Shown: positions 42,787 to 57,187, counted from the stretch's first letter. The stretch is DNA of 64,000 nt from Candidatus Latescibacterota bacterium (GCA_965221775.1 CBDCSU010000005.1:544001-608000); one strand, 5' to 3'. Notes: generated by a model from the sequence alone, not told the origin. Made by a program: numbers and translations.

Positions 42787-43413
42787 ATGGAGGCCGTCAT
42801 GGATGCCAAGCAAGCCCTCGCCGATCGCAACCTGCTGCGGCAGGCCGCCCACGACACGAACCATCTCGCGGCCCTCGTGCGGCGCTACCGCGCTCCCCTG
42901 TTCAGCTTCGTCTATCGCTTCGTGGGCGACCGCGAGACCGCCGAGGACATCGTGCAGGAGACCTTCCTGCGATGCCTGCGGCACAAGCACCAGTATCCCG
43001 CCATCGAGCAGGTCTCGACCTGGCTCTACACGATCGCCGGCAACCTGGCCAAGACCGAGCTGCGCCGGCGCAAGCGCTGGCACTGGGTCCCCATCGGCCC
43101 CATGCCCGAGGAGGAGGAGCGCGTCTCCTGCTACGAGCCGGTGGACTCGGACCCGCTTCCTGGCGAGTATACCGATGCGCGCAAGGTCCACTCCTCGGTG
43201 GCCCGAGCCATCGACGAGCTGCCCGCCGAGTTCCGGGAGGCGGTGGAGCTGCGCGACCTCAACGGCCTCTCCTACGAGGAGATCGCCAAGATCATCGACT
43301 GCCCGGTGGGCACGGTGAAGTCCCGCGTCAACCGGGGACGCCTGCGGCTGCAGAAGCGCCTGCGCTCCCTGGCCGACGAGTTCCTCGGAGAGCTCATGCC
43401 GGCCGCCGCCTGA
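42787..43413 (+). CDS. ECF-family sigma-70 factor
   Basis: AEDIVQETF, TWLY.IA.N, GLSYEEIA...GTVKSR.NR.R; start may be ATG 42799 (GGAGG upstream). Confidence 0.92.
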   Translation: MEAVMDAKQALADRNLLRQAAHDTNHLAALVRRYRAPLFSFVYRFVGDRETAEDIVQETFLRCLRHKHQYPAIEQVSTWLYTIAGNLAKTELRRRKRWHWVPIGPMPEEEERVSCYEPVDSDPLPGEYTDARKVHSSVARAIDELPAEFREAVELRDLNGLSYEEIAKIIDCPVGTVKSRVNRGRLRLQKRLRSLADEFLGELMPAAA

Positions 43414-43432
43414 ATCCGCGAGAGGATCCGCC

Positions 43433-44482
43433 GTGAACGTCGACCGCTCCCTCCTGCTCTCCGACCTCGAACGCCTGCTGGTGGCCCACGGACCTTCCGG
43501 GGTCGAGGGGGAGGTCGACGCTCTGCTGCGCGAGATGCTCCACTCCTGCGGCGAGATCCGTCAGGATGCCGCCGGCAGCCTGGTCCTCCACTTCCCGGGG
43601 GCCCGGAGCGGCGGCGCCGTCGCCGTCACCGCCCACAAGGACGAGATCTGCATGATCGTCAAGCGGGTCGAGGCGGAGGGACGCCTGCGCGTGCAGCCCG
43701 TGGGCGGGCTCCATCCCTGGGCCGTGGGCGAGACCCCGGTGGAGATTCTCGCCGAAGAACCGGTCCCCGGAGTGTTGTCCATCGGCTCCAAGCACGTCTC
43801 GGGCGAGAGCCCCGCCGGCGCCCTGAAGTCCGGCGCCGCCCTGACGTGGGAGAAGATGCACGTGGAGACGAAGCTCGACGCCGACGGCCTGGAGCGCCTC
43901 GGCGTGCGGCCCGGGCGGCGCGTCGTCCTGGCGCGGGGCCGCAAGGCCCCCATGTGGCTGGGAGAGGAGTTCCTGTGCGGCTACAACCTCGACTGCCGGG
44001 CCGGACTCGCCGTGCTCGTGGCCGCCGCGCGGCAGCTGCACCGGGAGCCGCCGGACCGGGACGTCTACCTCGTGGCCAGCGCCGAGGAGGAGATCGGCGG
44101 TCTCGGCGCCATCTGGTCGGTGGGACAGCTGCCGGCGGAAACCGTCATCGCCCTCGACTTGGCCCCCGTGGCCGACGAGTACCAGATCGTCAACAGCGCC
44201 GAACCGGTCCTGCCCTGCAAGGACGTCTCCGGGCTCTACAGCGAGCCCCTGGTCGACCACCTGACGGGGCTCGCCGCCGGTCTCGGCTTCGGCGTGCAGA
44301 CCGCCGTCCTCACCAGCTACGCCAGCGACGCCACCCTGGCCCGGGCCGCGGGCTCCGCCGGCCGCGCCGCGCTGATCGCCTATCCCGGCGACAACACCCA
44401 CGGTTACGAGATCTGCCACGCCGGTGGCATCGTCAACTGTGCGCGGCTGCTGCTGGCCTGGCTGTACGACCCGGAGGGCTGA
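43433..44482 (+). CDS. M42-family (TET-like) aminopeptidase
   Basis: GPSG.E, AH.DEI, LD.R, EEIG, terminal HG.E. Confidence 0.82.
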   Translation: MNVDRSLLLSDLERLLVAHGPSGVEGEVDALLREMLHSCGEIRQDAAGSLVLHFPGARSGGAVAVTAHKDEICMIVKRVEAEGRLRVQPVGGLHPWAVGETPVEILAEEPVPGVLSIGSKHVSGESPAGALKSGAALTWEKMHVETKLDADGLERLGVRPGRRVVLARGRKAPMWLGEEFLCGYNLDCRAGLAVLVAAARQLHREPPDRDVYLVASAEEEIGGLGAIWSVGQLPAETVIALDLAPVADEYQIVNSAEPVLPCKDVSGLYSEPLVDHLTGLAAGLGFGVQTAVLTSYASDATLARAAGSAGRAALIAYPGDNTHGYEICHAGGIVNCARLLLAWLYDPEG

Positions 44483-44513
44483 CCCGAAGGCGCGTCTCCC
44501 CCGGTGCGGGTCT

Positions 44514-45566
44514 TCAGTAGGCCCGGTGCACGAAGAACTCCAGCATCTCCCGCAGCAGCTCCCGCTCTTCCGTCGCCGGCAGCTCCTGAAGCAGTTGGTG
44601 GGCTTCCTGGCCGCGGCGGTCCGCCACTTCCGAGGCGTAGGCGATCGCACCGCGCTCCGAGGCCATGCCGATGACGGTCTCGATCTGCTCCGGCGTGGTC
44701 TCCTCTCGGGAGGTGTGCAGGATCTCGAGGACGCGGCGCCGGTCGTCGCCGCCGCACTTGCGCAGCAGGTCGATGATGATCAGGGTGCGCTTGCCCTCGG
44801 CGATGTCGCCGCCCCGCTCCTTGCCGTAGGCCCCCGCCGCCAGGCCCGGCGCCTGGGCCGCGTCGGCGGCGGTCGACATCAGGTTCAGCAGGTCGTCGCG
44901 GATCTGGAAGGCGATGGCCATGGCCTCTCCGAAGTCGCCGATGGCGCGCTGCTGCGCCTCCGGCGCCCCGGCGATGATCGCCCCCGCCGTGCACGGCCCC
45001 CTGCCGGTGTACCAGCCGGTCTTCTTCCGCAGCATGGTCATGAACTGCTCCTCGTCGGGGACCGTGCGGCTGCGGATCCAGCCGATGTCGTAGGCCTGCC
45101 CCTCGAAGGTCTCGCGGGAGCCGCGGAGCATCTCCTCGATCAGGGTCAGGGTCATCTCGCACCCGAGGAGCGGTCCGTTGGCGGCGAGCATCTCGAAGAC
45201 CTTGGCGTAGAGCGCATCGCCGACATTGATGCTCAGCGGCACCCCCTGGAGGCGGTGCATGCAGGGCTCGCCGCGGCGCATCTCGGAGTCGTCCTCGATG
45301 TCGTCGTGGAGCAGGGCGAAGGACTGGAACATCTCGAAGGCCGCGGCGGTGCGCATGGCGCGGCGCAGGTCGCCGCCGAGGGCCCCGCACGACAGCAGCA
45401 CCAGGGCCGGCCGGGAGCGCTTGCCGCCGCGCTCGGGGTAGACGCGCATCGGGCCGTACAGGTAGTCCTCGGGTTCCTGCACGGGGAGGAAGGAGAACAG
45501 CTCCTCCTCGATCAGGGGGATCTGGGTCTCGAGGAAGCCCCGCAGCCGGGGGGAGACGTCGGCCAT
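44514..45566 (-). CDS. Polyprenyl diphosphate synthase (GGPP synthase-like)
   Basis: GGKR.RP, FARM HDDIED..RRG, GQ..D, KT, FQIRDD, D..EGK.T. Confidence 0.9.
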   Translation of the reverse strand: MADVSPRLRGFLETQIPLIEEELFSFLPVQEPEDYLYGPMRVYPERGGKRSRPALVLLSCGALGGDLRRAMRTAAAFEMFQSFALLHDDIEDDSEMRRGEPCMHRLQGVPLSINVGDALYAKVFEMLAANGPLLGCEMTLTLIEEMLRGSRETFEGQAYDIGWIRSRTVPDEEQFMTMLRKKTGWYTGRGPCTAGAIIAGAPEAQQRAIGDFGEAMAIAFQIRDDLLNLMSTAADAAQAPGLAAGAYGKERGGDIAEGKRTLIIIDLLRKCGGDDRRRVLEILHTSREETTPEQIETVIGMASERGAIAYASEVADRRGQEAHQLLQELPATEERELLREMLEFFVHRAY

Positions 45567-45572
45567 GGTCCC

Positions 45573-45974
45573 CTAGCCGCCCGCTCCCGCGACCCTGAGA
45601 CGGGTCAGGGCCCGCAGCAGGGCCGCCCGGGCGCGGTCGAGGTCGATGTCGGCCTGGGCGCTCAGCCGTTGGCGCGCCCGGTCGCGGGCGGTCTCGGCCC
45701 GGGCCACGTCGATCTCGGCGTCGTACTCGGCGGTCTCGGCCAGCACCGTGACCCCCTCGCCGGAGACCTCGACGAAGCCGCCGCTCACCGCCAGGGACCG
45801 GCGCCCGCCCTCCTCCTGGAAAGAGAGGGGGCCTGTCTTCAGGGCCGCCACCATGGGGGCGTGTCGCGCCAGCACGCCGAAGGAGCCCTCGCTGCCGGGA
45901 GCCCGGAGGCTCGACACCGGCCCGGAGAACAGGACGCGCTCGGGGGTGACGACGCGCAGGGGATAGTCGGCCAT
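45573..45974 (-). CDS. atpC: ATP synthase epsilon subunit
   Basis: VVTPE, G.FGVL..H.P, VSGGF.EV. Confidence 0.95.
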   Translation of the reverse strand: MADYPLRVVTPERVLFSGPVSSLRAPGSEGSFGVLARHAPMVAALKTGPLSFQEEGGRRSLAVSGGFVEVSGEGVTVLAETAEYDAEIDVARAETARDRARQRLSAQADIDLDRARAALLRALTRLRVAGAGG

Positions 45975-45976
45975 GG

Positions 45977-49775
<3,799 letters not shown>

Positions 49776-49822
49776 TCGGCTCTCTCGTTCCTGAATTGGT
49801 TGCAGTTGGCTGCGGCCGGCCC

Positions 49823-50365
49823 TCAGGCGCTCACGAGGCGGTCCCGCAGGCGGCGCAGCTGGGTCTCGACGGAGGCGTCGAAGACGGTGTCGCCGATACG
49901 GGCGACGAGACCGCCGCGGAGCGACTCGTCCACCTCGGCCCGGACGCTCACCCTGCGGCCGGTGTAGTGCGACAGGCGGCTGCCCAGGGCCTCGACCTGC
50001 CCGGGCGTCAGGGCCGTTGCGCTGCGGACCTCGGCGGTATCGACCCCGGCGCGCGCGTCGAGCATGGCCAGGGCCGCGTCGACCATGTCGGCCAGAGCAT
50101 GGCTGCGGCCCCGTGAGGCCACCAGGAGCGTGAAGTGGAGGGTGAGAGGCTGCACCTTGCCGGCCAGGACGGCCTCCAGCGCCTTCGAGGCGGTGGCGCC
50201 GTCGACGAGGCGGTTGCCGAGGAACTCCCGCAGCTCCGCGGAAGCGCCCAAGGTGGCCGCCAGCCCCTCCAGGTCGCGGCGCACCTGCCCGGTGACGCCG
50301 GACTCCTCCGCCGCTTCGAGGAGGGTCACGGCGTAGCGCCGGACCAGCTCTGTTGCCTTCGCCAT
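49823..50365 (-). CDS. atpH: ATP synthase delta subunit
   Basis: RRYA..L, VD.SL.GG...IGD.V.D.S; operon position. Confidence 0.92.
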   Translation of the reverse strand: MAKATELVRRYAVTLLEAAEESGVTGQVRRDLEGLAATLGASAELREFLGNRLVDGATASKALEAVLAGKVQPLTLHFTLLVASRGRSHALADMVDAALAMLDARAGVDTAEVRSATALTPGQVEALGSRLSHYTGRRVSVRAEVDESLRGGLVARIGDTVFDASVETQLRRLRDRLVSA

Positions 50366-50383
50366 GTGGCGGTCCCGTCCCCC

Positions 50384-50887
50384 TCAGGCCGACGGCTGCG
50401 ACTGCGGCAGACGTCCGATGAAGTCGTCGGCGAGCTTGCGGTTGCGCTCGCCATCGAGCTCGGCGTCGAGGATGGCGCCGGCGGCCTGCACGGCCATGTC
50501 GGCCGCCGCCTCGCGCAACTCGATCAGGGCCGCTCGCTTCTCCGCCTCGATGCTCTCGGATGCCCGGTCGGCGGTGCGCTGCGCCTCCTGGCGGGCCTCC
50601 TCGACGATGCGCGCGCCCACCTGCTCGGCGGCCTCCCGCGCCTCGGACACGATGCGCCGCGCCTCGGACTCGGCCCCGGCCAGCCGCTCCTCGTGCTCGG
50701 CCAGCCGGGCCTCGGCCTCCTGGCGGGCCCGGTCGGCGCTCTCGAGAGACTCGCGGATGCGGTTCTCGCGCTCGTCCAGGGCCGCCAGCAGCGGACCCCA
50801 CACCTTGGCCCTGAGGATGAGGAGCACCACCAGGAAGGTGATGATCGTCCACAGGATGAGACCCGGATGTGGGCTGAGCAGATCCAT
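50384..50887 (-). CDS. atpF: ATP synthase subunit b
   Basis: N-terminal TM helix, W.P....DERE, coiled coil. Confidence 0.93.
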   Translation of the reverse strand: MDLLSPHPGLILWTIITFLVVLLILRAKVWGPLLAALDERENRIRESLESADRARQEAEARLAEHEERLAGAESEARRIVSEAREAAEQVGARIVEEARQEAQRTADRASESIEAEKRAALIELREAAADMAVQAAGAILDAELDGERNRKLADDFIGRLPQSQPSA

Positions 50888-50888
50888 T

Positions 50889-51125
<237 letters not shown>

Positions 51126-51980
51126 TCAGTGTTCCGGGTGGGCTGCCATGTTCACGAACAGGGCCGTGAGCAGCGTGAAGATGAAGGCCTGGATGAAGGC
51201 GATGAAGATCTCCAGCAGGTAGAGGGCCGCCGCCAGGACGACCGAGGCCGGGGCCACCCAGTAGCTCTTGAGCATGATGATCATGCCGAGGAAGACGAGG
51301 ATGGCGACATGGCCGGCGATCATGTTGGCGAAGAGGCGGATGCACAGGGCGAAGGGCTTGGCCAGCATGCCGATGATCTCGATGGGGACGAGGATGATCA
51401 GCAGCGGCGCCGGCAGGCCCGACGGCACCAGGTTCTTCCAGTGGCCGAAGAAGCCGTTGTTGAGGATGCCCGCCCCCTGGGTGACGGCGAAGGAGATCAG
51501 GGCGAGGGCGGCGGTGACGCTGATGTTCCCGGTCGCCGTGGCGCTGTACGGCAGCAGGCCGAAGAGGTTGCAGTACAGGATGAAGAAGAAGACGGTGAGC
51601 AGGAACGGCAGGTAGGCGCGGCCCCCCTCGCCCATGACGGGCAGAACGACCTCGTCGCGCAGGAACAGGACGATCGTCTCGAGGAGGTTGGCCAGGCCCG
51701 ACGGCACCAGGGCGGGGCGCCGGAAGCAGGCCAGCATGGTGAGGACGAGGAGCCCGCTGGCCAGCCACATGACCACCACGTGGCGGGTGATGGACATGTC
51801 GACGCCGAAGATCGGCTCGGCCAGTCCGAGCGCCTCGGACAGGCCGCGCAGGTCGATGTGACCGTCGAAGATGTGGTGGGCGTTGACGAAGGGCACTTCC
51901 AGGGAATCGTGGTCCAGGATGTGCCCGATTACGTCTACTTGATTGTCCGCGCCATCGGCGGCGGACGCCTCTCCTGCCAT
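51126..51980 (-). CDS. atpB: ATP synthase subunit a
   Basis: N..GL.P, IRLFANM.AGH, LE....IQAFIF..L. Confidence 0.96.
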   Translation of the reverse strand: MAGEASAADGADNQVDVIGHILDHDSLEVPFVNAHHIFDGHIDLRGLSEALGLAEPIFGVDMSITRHVVVMWLASGLLVLTMLACFRRPALVPSGLANLLETIVLFLRDEVVLPVMGEGGRAYLPFLLTVFFFILYCNLFGLLPYSATATGNISVTAALALISFAVTQGAGILNNGFFGHWKNLVPSGLPAPLLIILVPIEIIGMLAKPFALCIRLFANMIAGHVAILVFLGMIIMLKSYWVAPASVVLAAALYLLEIFIAFIQAFIFTLLTALFVNMAAHPEH

Positions 51981-52104
51981 CGACTCCCCCCCGGAGGTGG
52001 CCAGGGGTGCTGGGAACAGACTGAAGGAATTGTAGGACTTGGCGGTTGGCCCTGTTGCGCGGCCGGAAGGAAAATGTGTGTGCCCCGAGGTCTTGTCAAC
52101 AGCC

Positions 52105-52407
52105 TCAGGGCCGCGGGCGGCGGCCGGCGCCGCGGGCCACGAGGACCACCTCCAGGCCGAGGAAGACCAGGTAGGCCACGATCAGGCCGGCGGCGTAGCC
52201 GGTCCTGTGCGTATCCGTGAACCACAGCAGGATGAGGGAGACGGCGGCCACGAGCATCAGCCTGGCCACGGTGCCTCCGAGGATGGCGACCACCAGGGCC
52301 CGGGGGTGCCTCGCGCCGAGGCGCAGACCGACCCAGGCGATGACGGCACTTGCGGCGGCCACCAGGACTCCTGCGGCGGCGGCGATCCATGGATCCTGCA
52401 TGATCAT
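52105..52407 (-). CDS. atpI: AtpI-like membrane protein
   Basis: Small hydrophobic ORF with G..ARL, upstream of atpB. Confidence 0.65.
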   Translation of the reverse strand: MIMQDPWIAAAAGVLVAAASAVIAWVGLRLGARHPRALVVAILGGTVARLMLVAAVSLILLWFTDTHRTGYAAGLIVAYLVFLGLEVVLVARGAGRRPRP

Positions 52408-52652
52408 TCCCCTTTCTCGAGATCCTTCGGCCAGCCGCCGGAGACCAGGGTCCGGCACACCTGGTAGAACGCTGCCGCGGCACCGATGAGGGCTCCCGCG
52501 ATCAGCAGCCACGGCGACGTTCCGAGCCCGCCGTCGGCCCACCACCCGGCGGCGGCGCACAAGGCCACGGTCACCGCGAACTGCACGCCGAGGCCGGCCA
52601 GGCGGCCCAGCTCACGAAGCGCCCCGCGCTGCCCGCCGTCGCCGCGACTCAT
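52404..52652 (-). CDS. AtpZ/AtpI-family small membrane protein
   Basis: GVQF......G.W.D..LGT.PW....G..IG; overlaps nuoN-like stop (ATGA). Confidence 0.75.
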   Translation of the reverse strand: MSRGDGGQRGALRELGRLAGLGVQFAVTVALCAAAGWWADGGLGTSPWLLIAGALIGAAAAFYQVCRTLVSGGWPKDLEKGE

Positions 52653-54055
52653 CGGAACCCCGCCGCCGCCCCGGCGACCTCCGCCGCGCGGGCGACGGGC
52701 GCCGGCCACAGGCCCAGCAGCAGCAGCAGCCCGGCGCTCAGGACCGCCGCCGAGAGACCCCCCGCATCCGGCGCCAATGCCTCCGGGGACTGCTCCCGCC
52801 CCCAGGCGACGCGGGCGGCGAAACGGAGGAATACCCAGGCGGTGAGCAGAGCGTTGGCCAGCAGCAGGACGAAGCCTGCCGACGAGGTCTCGGCCAGACC
52901 TGCGAGCAGGGCCGCACGGGAGGCGAAGGCGGCCGTGGGCGGCAGGCCGGCGAGGGCGATGAGGCAGACGCACAGGGCGGCGCCGGCCACCGGCTCCCGG
53001 CGGGCCAGTCCGGCCGCCGTCCCTGCCCGGCCGATGAGGCCGCTCACCGCCAGCCCTCCCCCGAGGGCGAGGACCGCCGCCGTGAGCTGCAGCCACAGGC
53101 CGGGAGACGGGCCGGGGCCCGCCGCGAGGGCCGCCAGGCCATACCCCGCCTGGATCACCACGCCGTACCCCAGCAGCCTGGTGAGCCTGCGCCGGGGCAG
53201 GGCCAGCAGGTTGCCGGCCGTCACCGTCACCAGCGAGGCGGCCAGCAGCAGCGACGGCAGGTCCGGACGGACCTCGGCCAGGACCTCCACCAGCCGGCCG
53301 CCGACCACCAGGGCCGGGACCACGGAGACAGCCACCGTCAGCATCACCGCCGAGGGTGCGCAGCCGGCGCCGATCTCGCCAACCCAGTAGTGGAAAGGCA
53401 CGGCCCCGGCGCGCACCGCGAGGCCCGTCAGCAGCAGACCACCCCCGACGACGGTCATCGCCGCGGATCCCGCGGCGGCGCCCCTCGCCAGGTGGTCCCA
53501 CTGGGAGGTACCGGCTCCCGCCCACAGGCAGGCGATGCCCAGGAGGGTCAACCCCGTGGCCGCGGCCATGGGACCGGCCTGGCGCAGGACGGCGCGGGCG
53601 GCGGCGGCGGGTCCGAGGGCGTTGCCGGCGATCAGACTCGCGGAGGCCAGCTCCAGACCGATGAACAGGACCACGAGATCCCGGGCCGAGACAGCCACCA
53701 TGGCGCCCAGGACGCCCAGGGCCGTCAGCACCCCGGCCGCCGCCCGGCTGCCGGCCGCGGCCGGTGAGCCCGCCATCAGCAGGCCGGCGAGCACGGCTCC
53801 CCCGAGGATCAGCAGGTCGGCGAAGGCAGCCACCGGGTCGGCGTACAGCAGTCCGTGCCGCCCCAGGGAGACGGGATCCCAGGCCTGCAGCGACAGGGAG
53901 AGGGCCACCAGAAGGCCCCCCAGGGTGAGAACGGCCGGCGCGCGGCCGGGGCGACGCGGCCAGAGCGCGGCGTCGAGCAGGGCCAGACCGATGGCCAGCA
54001 GTCCCAGGCTCGTCTCCGGCGCCAGGTCCGGGCCTGCCAGGTCCGTCCACCTCAC
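52649..54055 (-). CDS. nuoN: Degenerate NuoN-like antiporter subunit
   Basis: FIGLEL, VPFHYW, GNL.AL, RLL.Y....AGY, LAGLPP...F; TM7 Lys appears as Arg. Confidence 0.7.
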   Translation of the reverse strand: MRWTDLAGPDLAPETSLGLLAIGLALLDAALWPRRPGRAPAVLTLGGLLVALSLSLQAWDPVSLGRHGLLYADPVAAFADLLILGGAVLAGLLMAGSPAAAGSRAAAGVLTALGVLGAMVAVSARDLVVLFIGLELASASLIAGNALGPAAAARAVLRQAGPMAAATGLTLLGIACLWAGAGTSQWDHLARGAAAGSAAMTVVGGGLLLTGLAVRAGAVPFHYWVGEIGAGCAPSAVMLTVAVSVVPALVVGGRLVEVLAEVRPDLPSLLLAASLVTVTAGNLLALPRRRLTRLLGYGVVIQAGYGLAALAAGPGPSPGLWLQLTAAVLALGGGLAVSGLIGRAGTAAGLARREPVAGAALCVCLIALAGLPPTAAFASRAALLAGLAETSSAGFVLLLANALLTAWVFLRFAARVAWGREQSPEALAPDAGGLSAAVLSAGLLLLLGLWPAPVARAAEVAGAAAGFR

Positions 54056-55482
54056 GGCCGGAGGCCCTCGGCCGGCCCGGTGGATGTCGGGGAGCCCGCC
54101 ACCATGCGCTCGATGACCGGCCGGGCCCCGGATAACAGCGGCTCCGGGCGCAGACCGAATACCCCGGCGGTGGCGATGACCAGGGCCAGAACCCAGCCCA
54201 GGGCCCCGCGGCCGGACGCAGGCGGTCTCCTCGCCAGACCGACCACCGGATCGAGGAGCGCCAGCGCAAGGACTCCCGATGAGAGGATGAGGAGCCAGCC
54301 CAGGACCGGGTGGGCCGCCAGGACCCCCGCCATCAAGGTCAGCCAACCGGGCAGGGCCCCGCCCCCCGGGGCGGCGGCCACGGTCAGGCCGAGGGCCAGC
54401 CAGGCCCATGCGGTGCGCAGACCGCCGGCGCCCCGGTCCTCGATCCACAGGGCGAGAAGGAGCAGGGAGGCGCGCGGCAGGGCGATACCCGCGGCCAGGG
54501 CCGCGGCTCCGAGGGCCTGGAGGCTGCCGGGCGCGAAGACCCCGGCGGCCATCAGGGCTCCGGTGGAGGCCACGGCCAGGGCCGCCCGCCGGGACAGGCC
54601 GGGGCGCGGCTGGACAACCGCCAGCATCGCCGTCCACAGTGCGCTTGCGCCGGCCCACAGCCCCAGCCAGGGAGAGGCCGCCAGGGCTTCGGCCGGAAAC
54701 AGGGCCAGCCAGAATCGCAGCAGACCGAAAGCCCCCACCGCGCACCAGGCGCCGGAGATCAGGATCCTCCCGGAGAGGGCGCCGGAGGTGCACACCGGGA
54801 CCAGCCAGGTATGGAACGGCACGAGGGGGATCTGCATGGCCAGGGCCGCCGCCGCCAGGGCCGCCGCCGGGCCCCCGTGGGAGACGCCCGCGGCGGCGAG
54901 TTCGTCGACGAGGGTGCTGCCGCTCCCGGCGCCGCCCAGGGCCGCGGCGGCGGCCAGCATCAGGGAGCCGCTCGCCGCCCAGTGAGCGAAGCGGCGGCCG
55001 GCGCGCCCGCTGCCCGCTGCCCGGCCCAGGCCGAGGACCGCCGCCAGGGCCAGACCGGCGAGACCGTGGCCGGCGGCCGCCACCATCAGGTCCCGGGAGG
55101 TCAGCACCAGGGCCATCCCCCCGGCGCCGGTCAGGGCCAGGGCCAGCCGGGCCCGGCTGGGAGTGCCCCCGAAGCGGCCTTCCACGCACACCGCCAGCAG
55201 CAGCACCGCCGCCAGGGCCAGCAGGGCGTACCGGTTGAGGCCATCGACGGCCAGCGACAGCCCGGAGCCCGTGGTCGCCAGCCACGGGGCGGTAAACCCC
55301 CAGGAGAACTCCCGTCCGTGGGGGGCCGCCAGACATGCGAGGCCGGCGAGGAGCAGCAGACCCGCCGCGGCGGCGGTGGAGACCCTTCTTGCGGCGAGCC
55401 CCCGCAGCGGCGCCAGGGCGAGGCCCAGAGCCGCGCCCAGGGGCAGCAGGACGATGGACCAGGCCACGAAGGGGGCGGCCAC
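54052..55482 (-). CDS. nuoM: Degenerate NuoM-like antiporter subunit
   Basis: PW.......L.VDGL, PLVPFHTWL, G.FG.LRF...LFP, G..P; key Glu/Lys absent. Confidence 0.65.
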   Translation of the reverse strand: MAAPFVAWSIVLLPLGAALGLALAPLRGLAARRVSTAAAAGLLLLAGLACLAAPHGREFSWGFTAPWLATTGSGLSLAVDGLNRYALLALAAVLLLAVCVEGRFGGTPSRARLALALTGAGGMALVLTSRDLMVAAAGHGLAGLALAAVLGLGRAAGSGRAGRRFAHWAASGSLMLAAAAALGGAGSGSTLVDELAAAGVSHGGPAAALAAAALAMQIPLVPFHTWLVPVCTSGALSGRILISGAWCAVGAFGLLRFWLALFPAEALAASPWLGLWAGASALWTAMLAVVQPRPGLSRRAALAVASTGALMAAGVFAPGSLQALGAAALAAGIALPRASLLLLALWIEDRGAGGLRTAWAWLALGLTVAAAPGGGALPGWLTLMAGVLAAHPVLGWLLILSSGVLALALLDPVVGLARRPPASGRGALGWVLALVIATAGVFGLRPEPLLSGARPVIERMVAGSPTSTGPAEGLRP

Positions 55483-55483
55483 C

Positions 55484-57187
55484 TCAGCGGCCTCCCATGG
55501 ACCACAGGATCACCAGCACCACGCCCGCTGCCAGGGCCGCCGCCCAGAGCCGCCGACCGGCGTGCTCCACCCGCGCCAGGGTCCAGCCCGCTCCGCGGAG
55601 AACCAGGCCCAAGGCTCCCCAGGCGGCGCCGAGGACGGCGCCGTCGACGAAGGTCCACAGGCCCCGGCCCAGGGAGGTGGCCGCCACGGCCGCCCCCTGC
55701 TGCGCGGCGCCGGCGCCAAACCCGCCGGCGGCGAGCCGGCGCGGGGCCGAGGCAGGCCGGGAAGCCGGCTTCAGACCCCGGCGCCAGATCAGGGCCGCGA
55801 CTCCCAAGGCGCCGGCGTTGGCCGCGGCGGCCAATCCGACGCCGTCCATGGAGGGCGCTGGCAGGCGCAGCCAGGCGAGGGCCGGCAGAGCCGCCAAGAC
55901 CAGACCCGCCGAGACCGATCCGGCCGCGATCGGGAGAGCCGGCCGGACCACCTCCTTCGACTCGGCCGGTGGAGCCGCCCCTGGAAAGGGTGAGAGGGCG
56001 AGACGGCCCACGGAAAGGACCGCCAGGACAAATGGGCCCAGGGCGGCGGCCATCCCCGCGGGTCCGTAGCCGCCGTAGGCATGCTTCAGAAGGAGTGCCT
56101 GACCCCACAGCCCGGTGAGGGAGAGGCACGGGACCAGGACGGCGGCCAGGCACATCCACCGGGCCGCCGGCAGGGAGCGGCCCAGCCCGCCCAGATGGTC
56201 CAGGCGCTCCACCGCCGGAAGGGCGGCCCTGACGAGACCGGTACCCGCGGCCAGGCAGAGGCGGGCCCCAAGGGCCGCGCTCAGCACCAGCCATCCCGCG
56301 ATTGGATCGGCTGCGGCCGCCGCCGCCACCAACCCGGACTGGGCTACCGTAATCCAACCCTGGACCCGCTGCAGTCCGTAGCTTGCCAGTGCCGCCGCCG
56401 AGGCGGCGACGGCAGCCGCCAGGCCGACAACGAAGACCACCTCCTGCAGGGCACCGGCCAGAGGGCCGGCCCGGGTCAACAGGGATGCGCCGGCCACGGC
56501 CAGAACGCTCGCCTCGGGGGCGGAGGCCGGGCTCGCCGAGGCCTCCAGGATCCACTGGTGAAGAGGCCAGACGCCGAGGCCGATGACGGCCGCGAGGAGG
56601 AGCAGGCCGGCGGCCGGTTCCGGCCAGGGGTTGCCTTCGTGAAGGCCCCCTCCCGCCAGCGAGGCGGCGGCGGCGGCCATCAGGGCTACCGAACCGATGC
56701 GAGTCAGCAGCAGAAGGCGGCGGGCGCCGGCTTCGGAGACCTCCCCGGACCTGGCGGCCGTCACCAGGAGGGCGGCGACGGCGATCTCCCATCCCAGCAG
56801 CAGCGGCAGCCAGTCGGCGGCGCACGACAGCAGGGCCACTCCCACGGCGGCCACCGTGATCAGGGCCCGGTGGACCCCGTCGATGGCCGGCTGGGCCAGG
56901 GGATACAGCAGACCGACGACGGCGGCGCCCAGGGCAGCCGCCGCGGGCCCGTCGGCGCGCAGGTCGAACCCGAGGCTGGCGCCGCCCACTTCCATCCATG
57001 TACCGAAGACGAGACGGACGGGACCGGCGCTGACCGCTCCCCCTGCGAACCCGGCGGCGGCGAGGCATGCGAGGAGCCGGAGAGCGTGGGCCGGCCGCGG
57101 CCGTCCTGCAAGGTCGGCCGCGGCGGCTCCGGCGAAGGCCAGGAGGACGGCGGCGAGGGCCGCACCCAGAGTCGGCGCGTCGGTCAC
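55484..57187 (-). CDS. nuoL: Degenerate NuoL-like antiporter subunit
   Basis: W.......F....D, GWE, TRIG, PLH.W, Q.G, LGGL...LP, VDG...G. Confidence 0.65.
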   Translation of the reverse strand: MTDAPTLGAALAAVLLAFAGAAAADLAGRPRPAHALRLLACLAAAGFAGGAVSAGPVRLVFGTWMEVGGASLGFDLRADGPAAAALGAAVVGLLYPLAQPAIDGVHRALITVAAVGVALLSCAADWLPLLLGWEIAVAALLVTAARSGEVSEAGARRLLLLTRIGSVALMAAAAASLAGGGLHEGNPWPEPAAGLLLLAAVIGLGVWPLHQWILEASASPASAPEASVLAVAGASLLTRAGPLAGALQEVVFVVGLAAAVAASAAALASYGLQRVQGWITVAQSGLVAAAAAADPIAGWLVLSAALGARLCLAAGTGLVRAALPAVERLDHLGGLGRSLPAARWMCLAAVLVPCLSLTGLWGQALLLKHAYGGYGPAGMAAALGPFVLAVLSVGRLALSPFPGAAPPAESKEVVRPALPIAAGSVSAGLVLAALPALAWLRLPAPSMDGVGLAAAANAGALGVAALIWRRGLKPASRPASAPRRLAAGGFGAGAAQQGAAVAATSLGRGLWTFVDGAVLGAAWGALGLVLRGAGWTLARVEHAGRRLWAAALAAGVVLVILWSMGGR

